A stretch of DNA of 64,000 nucleotides from Octopus sinensis (taxonomy: Eukaryota). Below, in pieces: positions 1-11,357 of this stretch. The position numbers and the translations under genes are program-made. The notes beneath the pieces were generated by a model. It ran no database searches. It was not told the DNA's origin and was given only the letters and a program-made list of their open reading frames with translations. Positions within the stretch are counted from its first letter, which is position 1. The number at the start of each line of letters is the position of its first letter. The DNA lies in assembly GCF_006345805.1 (NCBI RefSeq), contig NC_042999.1, forward strand, positions 148,614,001-148,678,000. The letters are read 5' to 3'.

Positions 1-125
1 CCAACAGACTATGTACCAGGCTTAACAAAATGGGTACAGGATCGACTTGTTCCACTAAAGCATTCGAGGCGGTGCTCCAGCATGGCCACAGTCGAATGAC
101 TGAAACAAGTAAAAGCTAAATGATA
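1..125 (+). mobile_element. 3' end of tRNA-derived SINE, family A
   Basis: Matches the tail ggcggtgctccagcatggccacagtc..atgactgaaacaagtaaaag shared with the full copies at 32798 and 48126. Confidence 0.8.
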
Positions 126-1150
126 CAAGTTTGTTTACAACACTCAGTAATTACCTTCTTAACGAAGTTTGCCGTATCCGTTGATATGAAGCTTATTCAA
201 AGCTGAATATCAACAGCGTCAACCTCACCGAGGTCAGAGATGGACGTAGCACCTTCCTTTACGTGTGTGTGAGCGACTCCACTAAACGAAAATTCGTAAA
301 AAAAGAATGCGTGAGGTAGACACAGACACACACACTTCTTACTTCTACTTTTTATTTCTGGTTTCGATCACTGGACAGCGATCGTGCAGAGAAGCAACCT
401 TCAACTATTTGAAGTCGTTCACATCGATCCCAAAACTTATTTCAACTTGATACTTATTTCATTGATCTATAATTGGTGAATCGCTCAGTTATAAGGATTT
501 TTTCGTCCCCACCCTTTTTTTGTTTCATACAACACCGGTTACGTTTCTTGAAACGACACCGGTTTATATATAAACACAGATACGGGCATAGCACGCACGC
601 ACACACATACAAATATATACACACATATACAAGTAAAGGAATGAAACTTTAAATTCTATCGATTCTGAATTACGAGATTTAAAGTTTCAGTTTTAATAAA
701 TGTATTTTGACAGCCTCTACATTCGTTAGCGAGTAAAACTTTTATTATTATTATTATTATTTATACTTAAGTCTTAACGCGTATATGTTTAGCGTAATAT
801 CAGAATGAAGACTGAGAGTACTATATAACTTTACTTATAATAAGCTACAACAATGAATTGAAACAACTATACAGCCTTAAAAGAAACTCTCCCTTAATAA
901 ATGTGCGTGTGTACACACGCACACACGAGCTTCTGCCTACCGAATTCCATTCACAAGATTTCGGTCAATACATGCATGCGTGAACGAATACATACATACA
1001 TCCACATGCATGCATGCATACATACATACCTACATACACACACACACACGGCTTGGGGCAGAGAGTGTGCTATCAAAGCTCCGAGGAAGGTTGCATTGTG
1101 CATGTATTTATGGTGAGCAATCTTGATAAGGCAAGTGGTTAGACGACCCG
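1..1150. promoter_or_regulatory. CpG-retaining (CpG-island-like) segment, possibly promoter-proximal
   Basis: Hand count gives about 36 CpG in bases 1-840, against about 3-7 per similar length at 2.1-2.9, 5.0-5.9, 9.0-9.8 and 21.3-22.2 kb. The promoter interpretation is inference. Confidence 0.35.
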
Positions 1151-1720
1151 GAAGGGCAGAGATATTTCTGGACTGACTGAGGTTGGGTTCAGAGATAAGG
1201 TGAGAAACAGATCAAGGGTGTTTGTAATGTCACTGTCTGTCAGGGCTGGGGAATGGAAGTAGTCTGTGTAGAGAGTAGAGAACTGCGAAAGATTCGATTT
1301 CCACATCAGTGGCATCAGCATAAGATGTATGTGAAAACGAAGTATTACGACCATTGAATTCACACAGGCTGATGACTTCAGAGAAAGATGTCTTTGATGC
1401 TTGAAGAGATATGGTTGAATAATTGTTGGTGACTGGAGTTTAGAGAATGCTAGAGGAAGCAGATACATTAGGCTTGGGTAGGGAAACTTGGAGACAAAGT
1501 AACTTGAAGTCTTTGTTGCCAAGTTCAGATAGGTTAATAGTCTGGACAGCAAAGACGGACTTTAGATAAGGATCCAGAAATTTGTCTTTAAGCAGAATCG
1601 AATGCATTTATTTAGTAAGAGTTGATGTGCAAGCAAAGGTCTAAGAAGAATCACATTCCTTGGAAGAAGAGGTAGAATTGTCCAGTAAGCTTACTTCTCC
1701 TTTTTGACATCTAGGGAAAT
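1112..1720 (-). pseudogene. Decayed APE endonuclease of a non-LTR retrotransposon (CR1/L2/Jockey-like)
   Basis: Frameshifted motifs in the expected order: CEFN (GDFN-like), FAVLYSLHRLLPFP, NTLDLFLT, GSSNH-CLIKI (GSSDH-like). This explains ORF 1139..1552. Confidence 0.7.
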
Positions 1721-1817
1721 AACAAGAAGGCATTAGCATATTATAAAGTCACTATAATCCCTTCTTTGTCTAGTAAACGTGTAACACATTGATCTCTGCT
1801 AAAGGTACCTATGGTGA

Positions 1818-2042
1818 ATAGGGCGGCGTGCTGGCAGGAACGTTAGCACGCCGGGCGAAATGCGTAGCTGTATTTTGTCTGTCGTTACGTTCTGAGTTCA
1901 AATTCTGCTGGTGTTGACTTTGCCTTTCATCCTTTCGGAGTCGATAAATTAAGTACCAGTTATGCACTGGGGTCGATATAATCGATTTGTCTGTCCTTGT
2001 TTGTCCTCTCTGTGTTTAGCCCCTTGTGGGTAGTAAAGAAAT
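1818..2042 (+). mobile_element. tRNA-derived SINE, family B, with 15-bp TSD
   Basis: Head ggcggcgtgctggcagg..., B-box-like gagttcaaattc. TSD aggtacctatggtga at 1803-1817 and 2043-2057. Confidence 0.9.
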
Positions 2043-2169
2043 AGGTACCTATGGTGAGTCAGATAGAGGAGTTGATCTGAGCAGTGTAATGTAATAACCA
2101 CCTGTACATATATGAAATTCATGTCGTGACTGAAATACATTAATACATATATTATAACTAATAAACTGA

Positions 2170-2720
2170 ATATATATAAACGTCCTGTTGCAAAACCTTA
2201 CCTGTTTCCAAGTAAGGTAATGTTTCCCCTAAGGCCAAACATGTTCTCACAGAACATTGGAAATAACTAAGGCATTCATTTACAACTATCAAATGATGTT
2301 AAGATAAGGAGACACAAGCATCATCATCATTATTTAACATCAGCTTTCCATGCTGGCATGGGTTGGACAGTTTGACAGAAGCTGGTTAGGCAGAAGACTG
2401 CACTAGGCTTCAGGGTCTGTTTCGGCATGGTTTTTACAGCTGGATGCCCTTCCTAACACCTTGCAGAGTGGACTGAGTGCTTTTTACATGGCACCAGCAC
2501 CAGTGAGGTCAGTTTTTGCACGGTTTTTACAGCTGGATGCCCTTCCAAATGCCAACCACTTTACAGTGTGGACTGGATGCTTTTTACATGGCACCAGCAC
2601 TGGCAGGGTCACCAAGTAACCAGCAAGACAAAGATCCTTTGAGAGTGGTGGTGGGAGCATTGGAGGAGGTGACTTTGTGCCAGGTGATGAAAGGTTAGAG
2701 TGTGACAGAGACAGAAAACA
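2170..2720 (-). mobile_element. Two RTE-type 3' tail fragments (ggaagggcatccagc...atgatgatg)
   Basis: Reverse complement of the RTE-like 3' end also seen at 7440, 24600 and 38340. Internal duplication of ggtttttacagctggatgcccttcc. Confidence 0.75.
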
Positions 2721-3481
2721 GGTGTCTTGTAGTAAAAGAGATACATAGTTAATATATAAATATAGAAGAACAATATTACTCCTAAAAATTATGTTAGTGG
2801 CCGTGTCAAATCTACTCACAAGGGTTTGGTCAGCTCAGGGATATTGCAGAGGACACTTGACCAAGGTGCCATGCAGTGGGACTGAACTCAAAACCACATG
2901 TGCAAGTCTGAAGCAAAAAAACAATCCTAAATGCTGAAAGCAGGAGAAAAATATCCCTACATTCTTGATGTGTACTGTACTAGTCTATCTGTCAATGCAA
3001 ATGTGAGGGTAAATGTTCATATATATTATCACCACTGACAGAGCACAAAATACTCAGCCTTTTATGAAATAGCAGTAACACAAATCACTACATTTAGATT
3101 AGACAGCAAATGTCTAAAATGTTGATAGACCTAGAAACTTTATTGCTCCAAACAAACTGAAAAATTCATAAGAAAATATAAAAGAAAGAAAAAAAAAACT
3201 TCATAAAGAATGATACAACTTGAACACAGTTGGCTTTCAAAACAACATGTTTAAAAGAAAAGCTTTCCCCTCCTCACTCCACATATAAAAAATATGTAAA
3301 GAATGTATATAAGTATGATGTCTGTATGATGTGTGAGTTTGGTAGAATAGAAGAAACTGAATTCAATAAATGAATGCATATTCTTTTTTTATGCTTTATT
3401 TTTAATCTTTTCTATTATCTTTTTGACTTGAAATTTTCTAACTTTCAGCTGATCAAAAAAATGATTATATATATATATATA

Positions 3482-4330
3482 TAGAAGGTGGTACCAAAAC
3501 ATTCCCAGCGTAGTTCTGTAGCGTGCCAACAGATGGCAGCACATGGTTGTGCTTGCAGTGACCTTCATGAGGCAGTGTGCCAAGTGACATCGCTTTGTTG
3601 TGCTTGCAGTGACCTTCATGAGGCAGTGTGCCAAGTGACATCGCTTTATTTACTTTTTAAGTTGTGATATTTGTGTTTTTGTGATCACATGTATGCTGTA
3701 GTCTGTGATTTTTGTCATGGGCAGGAATGAAGAGCCAACATGAAATTTTGTGTTAAACTTGGGAAGTCTGTTACAGACATTGAGCATGCTTCAACAAACT
3801 TATGGCGATGAGGCAATGGATCACATGCAATGTTTCGAGTGACACCAGCACTTCAAAAGCAGAAAAATGTCCCTGGAAGAGAATGAGCAATCTGAAAGAC
3901 CTACCATGTGCATCACCTCCAGAAATGTGGAGAAAATTCATTAGCTTGTGCATGAGAATCATCTGAGGACAATCAATTATATTTTGAAGTGTTTGAGGGA
4001 GGACATTCATAAAAAGCGACCAGATCAGTGGAGTACGAAGAATTGGATTCTTCATGACAACAATGCAACTGTCCCCAAGCTCTCCTAACTCGTTTCTCAC
4101 CAAAAACCCTATTCACCAAATTTAGCGCCTGTAAGCTTCCATCTCTTCCCCAAGATGAAAATGCAGATCAAAGGTTACCATTTTAACTCTCCTGTTGAGC
4201 TCCAGAGCACATCACAGAAGGTCTCCGACTTGCTTACAGAAAATGACTTCCAGGTCAGATTCCAAAAGTGGTAGGAATGCTAGGACCAATGTATTGCAGC
4301 GCAAGGTGACTATTTCAAAGGAGATGATGT
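3482..4330 (+). mobile_element. Internally deleted mariner transposon relic
   Basis: TIR-like start after TA. Decayed RANMKFCVKLGKSVT..MLQQTYGDEAM at the N-terminus, and YSPNLAP..F.LFPKMK...FQKW..C..CIAAQGDYFKGD at the C-terminus. A 51-bp tandem duplication lies at 3547-3647. Confidence 0.85.
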
Positions 4331-4514
4331 TAAAACTTATGAGAATATTCTCATCCAAAATGGAGACGAGTACCAACATTCTCATGTGGCAAGCTTGATA
4401 ATTGTTAAGAGATTCCACTTTACATGAAACCATTGGTAGCCTTGTGAACCCACAGTGCAGTGAAGAATGAACACTCATTTTCACTATTCAACATCAGAGT
4501 GGGTGTATGTGTGT

Positions 4515-4516
<2 letters not shown>

Positions 4517-4572
<56 letters not shown>
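4517..4572. repeat. (TA)n microsatellite
   Basis: Pure TA run of about 56 bp. Confidence 0.95.
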
Positions 4573-4576
<4 letters not shown>

Positions 4577-5509
4577 AAGTTAAGGCATTTATACAATATA
4601 TGTTTTATATATGAATATGCAAGTTCTTTGATTATATATGTTATGTGTGTTGATAGACAGACAGAGAGATAGATCAGTGTTTTTGGTTCACACTGTGTTG
4701 TGCATAAATATATTGTTGAATCAATGACAAGCTGTCAAAGGCACAAAATATACAAATTGCCCTAATTCATCACTGCTTCACAGGCCGCTGATCTATACCA
4801 TTGATTGAGGAAAGAAGTTAGTATGGCTTTGCAGAGCAGTCAACAAACCATGAACTGGTACCTTGAGAGACTCCTTCCTTCCCACTTTTTATTTTTTCTG
4901 TACATCAATGGTATAAAAGGAATATATTTACATTTTTGTTCAACCCACAGTGAGGCTTTATATTTAAAATTTATTTCAGTTCTTAGTTACACAGTTATAT
5001 ATAAATATGGAGAGAGTATCAATGTGCAAGAGTTTTTATATATGAAATGTATATTTGTATATATGTATATTTTAACTAGCATCTATATAATTTATAAAAT
5101 GGAGAGAGAGAGAGAGAAGTTGTAAAAGAACATTCACAACTGTTTTTAATCAATACTATATAAGAGCTAGTATATGTCTGACCTTATAATCTAAGAAAAT
5201 ATTCTGAAAGTAAGATCTTTGTAAACTTTAAAAACTTTTTATACAGAAGATTTAAATCTTTATAACCATAGTTGCGCCACCGAATGATATGTAGTTTCTA
5301 CAGGTGATGCGGTTTGAGTTGTTGAATATTTCATTACTTACATTAGAAGACCTGTCTATTTTAAGCTGACCTACAATGGAACATAGATACATATGTTCAT
5401 AAAAGCATTTCTGATTCCACTATTGAAATGGCATATCAGAACTAATTCAAACAGTTGGTTGGCATTGTCTTTATGTTATGTGATGTTCATCCTTCATGTC
5501 TCTGTAGAT

Positions 5510-6270
5510 CAGGGGTTGCCAAAGGGGCCCTGAGGGACCCCCTAGGGGTTGGCGAGGAATTATAGGGGGTCAATGATAACCAAGATGCTGATATGTGGAA
5601 GACCAGCCTCACCCAGATGAACTGTTTGAAATACTTGGTCAGTGCCATGCTCATCCCATACACTGATGTTGTCAGTTTCAATAACAGATATTCCAGCATT
5701 ATGATGTGTTTTTCACATTTTCTAACCATAAAAACAATTTCATAAAAATTGTAAGTTCAATACTGTATACTCTTAAATATAGTTTTAAATGTAAAAAGTG
5801 AGTCATCTTCAATAGAATTTCTAAATTTGTCGTACATATATATTTTAGCCAACCTTTTAATTGCCAGCATCAGTATCTGGTATGCATTTAAGAAATGGTA
5901 CAGTAGGGTAGGGTATTAAGATATTTTAAATGAAGAGGGTGGTCAAAGCAGAAGGAGAAATGGCTAAAAGGGGTCAATGCGGAAGGAGAAGTGGCTAAAG
6001 GGGATCGATGTAGAAGGAGAAGTAGCTAAAGGGGGGTCGATGTAGAAGTAGAAGTGGCTAAAGGAGGTCGATGTGGAAGAAGTGGCTAAAAGGGGTCAAT
6101 GTGAAAGAAATGGCAAAAGGGGGTCGATGTGAAAGAAGTGGCTAAAAGGGGGCAATGTGAAAGAAATGGCTAAAGGGGGTCGATGTGGAAGAAGTGGCTA
6201 AAAGGGGGCAATGTGAAAGAAATGGCTGGGGGGGGGGGGGTCAGTGGTCAAAAAAGTTTGGTGATCCCTG
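5510..6270. mobile_element. hAT (Charlie-like) non-autonomous element
   Basis: TIRs CAGGGGTTGCCAAA / TTTGGTGATCCCTG. 8-bp TSD ctgtagat / ctgtaggt. Confidence 0.8.
5948..6240. repeat. Purine-rich 28-32 bp minisatellite inside the hAT element
   Basis: About 10 units of gtg(g/a)aagaa(g/a)tggctaaaagggg(t)c(a/g)at, ending in a poly-G run. Confidence 0.9.
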
Positions 6271-6554
6271 CTGTAGGTAACCAAATTAGTAGCCTTACAC
6301 TTTGCAGGTCCTGAGCTGGCTTATTCAGCCAGTATTAGCATAAAATCCACAGAAGGATACGTAATAATTGAGTCAGGATGTAATTCTGAGAACTGTGCTG
6401 CAAATAATACAACACTACATCCTCAGTGAGTCATATTCAGCAAGATGTTCCCCAAGAAGACTGCTCTAAGCTGCACTTTTCCAAGATTATCTAGGGAGTG
6501 TCTTTGTATTTCTTCTTTGGTCTACCAAAGAAGAGATACAAAGATACTAGCCCC

Positions 6555-6912
6555 AATTTCTGACCTCCTAATTCCACCGATTGTAATCCTAGGATTACAA
6601 TAAGTGGGGCACAGTTGAGAAAGACTGAAAACTGCTCTGCTTATATAACACCAAGGCTGAGCTGGTGATCAAAGATCAAGGTGGTTGAAGATCTTTTCTG
6701 GGACACCATGAGGAATACATGTGCCAGGTCCTAGAGTCATCTTGAGGTCGTGGTGGAAGCCGAGGGCAGATATTTTGAGTAAACTGCTATTGCCCAACCA
6801 TAATCTAGTTGATTTTTTTAAAAATACTTTATTTTCGGATACGATATTGTGTTGTGTTCTTTTTCTTTTATGCAAAGTGCCAAATTTTGCTCAAACACCT
6901 AAACACTCTGTA
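6555..6912 (+). mobile_element. 3' part of a Tc1/mariner-superfamily transposase (maT/DD37D-like)
   Basis: Decayed PPNS.DCNP.DY.VWGTVEK...NTKAELV.KIK...CAR..S.LEVVVEAEGRYFE*. Related to the copy at 50680-51415. Confidence 0.75.
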
Positions 6913-6921
6913 TGTGTATGT

Positions 6922-6953
<32 letters not shown>

Positions 6954-7115
6954 ACACACACACATATATATATATATATGCAATGTTAAGAGATGTGATT
7001 TCAATTTTCATAGGAGTTGAATGGTTCTGGAGAGGCACACCATGGGTGACTCATGAATGTGATACAGGTATAAGATCCCTTTGAAATACTCATGTGATTG
7101 TGGCACTCCGTTGGG

Positions 7116-7169
<54 letters not shown>

Positions 7170-7439
7170 CCACACCCAATGTCCCTCAACGGCATGTCTC
7201 AACAAATCTTCAGCACCATCTCTCTCGCTATTGCTCTCTTCATCTTACTCACTGACTCACCTGCTCTCTTTATTTTACTTTCTAACCTACCTTCTTTTCT
7301 TTTTCAGCTGGAGTATTCATGTAGGACACCTGTCCCTATCCCTCTATCCCTCTAATCTCTCATGAACAAGCACAAAGCCACACCTCTCCACTCACTACTA
7401 CTCTCTCATCCCAGCTGAGGTGGGTTTTTGTCTTACTAG

Positions 7440-7650
7440 TTACTGGGCGACTGTTGATGCTGGTGCCAAGTAGAAAGCAGCCACTACACTCTATAAAATG
7501 GTTGACATTAGGAAGGGCATCCGGCTGTAGAAACCATACCAGACCAGACAATGGAACCTAGTGCAGCCATCTGGTTTGCCAGTTCTCAGTCAAATCGTCC
7601 AACCCATGCCAGCATGGAAAGCAGGTGTTAAACGATGATGATGATGATAA
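7440..7650 (+). mobile_element. RTE-type 3' tail element
   Basis: ggaagggcatccggctgtagaaacc...catgccagcatggaaagcaggtgttaaacgatgatgatg. Confidence 0.8.
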
Positions 7651-7914
7651 TTATATATACATACATACATATATGCATAACTAAATCATCAATGGCAACA
7701 TGAGTAAACATAATTAATACTGTAAATGTTATCCATTGAACTACTCTATCTGGCATACACATTCTACAACCACTAAATTTTTTATATATATATATATATA
7801 TATAATTATTAATTTAACATTTACATTTCCATGCTTGCATGGATCAGGTAAAACTTGTTGATGCAGATTTTCTATGCCAGGATGAACCATCAATACATAA
7901 CACAATGACCTTAC

Positions 7915-8086
7915 TTGATACAACCAACCAATATGGAAATGCCATATGGCCCTATTTTATCCTCAACATTTGACTGGCTGTTTCTGTTATCACATATTTG
8001 TTGAAGCATAACAGGACTAGGGCTGGTTGAAGCTATAGAGAAGCAAGCTGTGTTGTCTGGCAATGAACTGACTTGCTTCATCAAAT
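7915..8086 (-). CDS. Candidate internal exon of unknown product (DLMKQVSSLPDNTACFSIASTSPSPVMLQQICDNRNSQSNVEDKIGPYGISILVGCI)
   Basis: 172 nt open in one frame, with a T-rich acceptor ...gttcaaag| and donor |gtaagg. No family recognised. Confidence 0.2.
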
Positions 8087-8105
8087 CTTTGAACATACAG
8101 TATAA

Positions 8106-8360
8106 ATAAAAAATGCGCCCTTTTAAAGCCTAGCCAGGCTCATCGGCCTGGTTTCCTAGTTTCCATGGCGTATGCGTTCCCAAGCTGGATGGGATGCCAG
8201 TCCATCGCAGCGTTACTCATTTTTGCCAGTGGACAGGAGCAACGTGAAATGAAGTGTTTTACTCAAGAACACAACGCGTCGCCCGGTCCAGGAATCGAAA
8301 CCACAATCTTACGATCATGATGCTGACACCCTAACCACTAAGCCATGTACCTCCACACCA
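8106..8360 (-). mobile_element. tRNA-derived SINE, family C, with 11-bp TSD
   Basis: A box TGGCTTAGTGG and B box GGTTTCGATTCC on the minus strand. TSD atacagtataa at 8095-8105 and 8361-8371. Confidence 0.85.
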
Positions 8361-8475
8361 ATACAGTATAAGTCATGAATAAATATACTGTATCATATAT
8401 TGATGAATTTACACCCACAAGTCCTTTTCTACAGCTTATGATGGAGATTGACCCAACCAGTTTCACTGTCTTTAA

Positions 8476-8696
8476 CCCTTTATCATTTAAACTGGCCACA
8501 TCCAGCCAAAATATTCTACCTGTTTTATGTTCAAACAGGCTAGATGTGGTTTCTCACACCAATCCTACAATGTCATTCTAAAAAATTAGCAGTCATGTCA
8601 TCAAAATCTCAAAGCTACAAGATAATGCATGATTCATTGGAAACAATGTGACTAAATAAACATTACTTTTGACAGAATAATGTGAATGTTAAATGG
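8476..8696 (+). mobile_element. TTAA-flanked piggyBac-like MITE, family 2
   Basis: TTAA|CCCTTTA...TAAATGG|TTAA. Homologous copies at 40234 and 40819. Confidence 0.75.
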
Positions 8697-8875
8697 TTAA
8701 AGCATTGACTGATCAGCTTATTTCTCCTTCCCAAGAAGCAGAGATAAAGTAATGGGAAGTTACATAGAGAAATGTAAACAAAATTGTGCCAGGTACAGCT
8801 TATTTGTGTGGAGGTACATGGCGGACAGCTTAATAATTACTAGAGTATCAAAACAGCATCGATTATGAATAAATA

Positions 8876-9089
8876 TACAAGGAGAAAAGTTTTTGGCTTT
8901 GCTAAAAGAAAATACAAGAGGATCAGTTAGTTATGATTTTATCCAAAATATTCCATTCTCAGATTCATATACTTATTGCAGCAGTCCTTCAGTTTTTCTA
9001 AGCCCTGTAAAAGAACTCAGAAGGTTGGGCCTTGAACCAGGTCTTTTGCAATACCCTTAAAGGCAGGAACTTTTCAACACCGTCTCATA
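8876..9089 (-). mobile_element. Mariner-derived MITE
   Basis: Degenerate TIR pair (tatgagacggtgttgaaaagttcctgccttt / tacaaggagaaaagtttttggcttt). The minus strand gives a decayed QPSEFF.QGLEKLKDCCNKYMNLRMEYF, resembling a mariner C-terminus. Confidence 0.65.
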
Positions 9090-10706
9090 TTTACACATAA
9101 GTTTATTTATAAGGAAATGAGTTAAAGACAGGGAATATTTGCATTTAAGTGTAGCAGAAATAGTTGATCAATACAATAAGACAAAACAGACAGTTGTTCT
9201 TTAACACACATACACATATGATATAGAGAAAGCCAAACGCTCAGGAGCAACTGCCCTAAGGTAAATTGCTTTACACTAGACTGGAAGCCCTTGCAATTGA
9301 CAGTACAGAACATTATTGACATTCCATTCTGGTCCCATGAGAGAAATTCACCAGCAGACAACATTACTGCAGACACTAGCAAAGCCAACCAATTGCGTAT
9401 TGTTTATTTTACTGACATTTGGAAACTGTTAGTAGTATGTTTGGAGATAGTTTATTCCCTAGGACAATCACAAAGCGGAACACTGTTCTCTACTATAAAT
9501 AGTTATTAGTATGTTGAGGACATGCTTTTACATTTGTTATCATTATAATTTAATTGCCAAGTATTAATTGTTCTACTGCAATTATTTGTTTTTCAGCCAC
9601 TCATCTCGATAATCTACTTTATTGTAGTCAAGCTACATAGTACAAATTAATTGTTTAGTAATAGGTTAAAAATGCAATATGAACGCCAAGACATGTTACA
9701 TCTGTCTTGCCAGCAACTATTCTTTAGTTTGTATATATTTGAAGATTTTAAATATGTGTCCACAGTGCAATTAGGAAGATAGATTTGGTCGGTGTAGGGC
9801 AGTTTTGCATTACAAGGTTTCACTGGAAACAGCTGGCACAGTTACCAGGCGACACACTATAAAGCAGCTGGATTCCTACTGACTAAAGAAAATGTTATTA
9901 ACAGACCATTAAGCAGAGTCCAGTTAATTCTAGCACATCAAATATGTATGTAACACAAATGGTAAGCTAAGAATGCCACACTACCACTTGGATTTGGGGT
10001 ACCTTTAACAAAATTCCTTCAGTTGGAAATTAAGAATAATATCCAGAATATCACAACACTTTCAGATAGTCAAACCAAGAGAGTGTTTCTACATGACTGT
10101 TCAACCTACAAGATATGGCAGCTGAATTTCCCTCAAATCAACAAATAAAACTGATATTTAAAAAATTGAGATGGCAATGATAGTGAATAAAAACTGTTTT
10201 GCATGAAAGTATGTTAAATAATTCTGATTAGCTTTTCTGCACCTTGCCCTTTAAGTTCTATGTATTTCATAAAAACTGAGAAAAATACATATTTCCACAA
10301 TTTTCGGAAGTGAAAAATGTTTGTAAATTGAGCATTTATCATTATTATTATTATCATCATTCAATGAAATCTAAACACTCAGCTCCTATAATCTCACCTT
10401 TTTACAAGTCTTATTTTATCAACCATTTTCATCGCTCATTATTTATTTCCATACTTAACTCTTCATTCACATCTACTAAATAATGACAGTTTGTTTAGAT
10501 TAAATAACATCTTTTAACCATTCTGTATTTCAATAAGCCTTAACCAGTATATAATGTACATAGATAATGTAATGATTGAGCAGAAGCTTGAAAACTTCGA
10601 AACCATCATCCTCAACATTACTATTGTATGTTTAATGTAAAATCTTCCATGAACAGGTCTACAATAAAGCAGCTTTCTATGTATTTTAATTTTGTACAAT
10701 TTCATA

Positions 10707-11020
10707 AGGGGCTTTGATGTGGATGGCTTCTTGTCTCAACTGGAATCAGTAGGCCTCAACCATAGGGGTGGTAAGCACCCTAACAGAATAACCCTGTTCC
10801 CATATGAGGAAGGCAGATCCCTAATCTGAGATGCAACATGCATTGACATGTTTTCCAGCTCCAACCTTACTACATCAGCTGCAAAACCAGGTACCACCAA
10901 CCATAATGCAGAGGAGAGAAAATTATATAAATATAGGAGCCTGACTATCCACATTCAGTTTGTGTGGTCATCATCAAGACCCAGGTGTTCTTGGACCCAG
11001 TACTGTAAATTTGTATAACA
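10707..11020 (+). pseudogene. Relic restriction-like endonuclease domain of a CRE-type non-LTR retrotransposon
   Basis: RGFDVDGFLSQLESVGLNHRGGKHPNRITLFPYEEGRSLI*DATCIDMFSSSNLTTSAAKPG...AEERKLYKYRSL..HIQFV...GVLGPS follows the motif series LEP.GL...DGKRPDG.T..PW..G..L.WD.TC.D...AE..K..KY..L...F.P...ET.G..G. Confidence 0.8.
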
Positions 11021-11357
11021 TTGTACTCCCTCCTGCCCATCTTTGGCTGCTTAACCCCACATTTTTGTTTTCTCTTTCTTTGTTTCCTTATAATTAATTT
11101 GCTTTACTGAATAATCTATATAGACTATATAGTTCTCTAAATATATGTAGTGTTTATCAAAACTGCACCATACTTATCCATCATCAATTACTGTCATTTG
11201 AATTATAATCACATAGCTATTTTGTGAAAGCATTCATTTAACATTCATAAGGATTCAAATTGATCCCACTGCTAAGAATCTCAGGAAACTATCGTCTGTC
11301 ATAGTCTCAAGTTGAAGCCATGTAAATAAAACTTGGTAAACAGAAATTGTGTGGATG

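Noticed and set aside
5948-6240. CRISPR-like regular repeats
   Set aside because: Tandem units with no unique spacers, no cas genes, eukaryotic context.
9900-9945. LILAHQI as an M1 aminopeptidase HEXXH-like motif
   Set aside because: No HEXXH and no GAMEN motif; superficial resemblance only.
10709-10770. Exon-like GFDVDGFLSQLESVGLNHRG with a gtaagc donor
   Set aside because: The frame continues through the donor into the CRE-type endonuclease motifs, so it is TE-derived.
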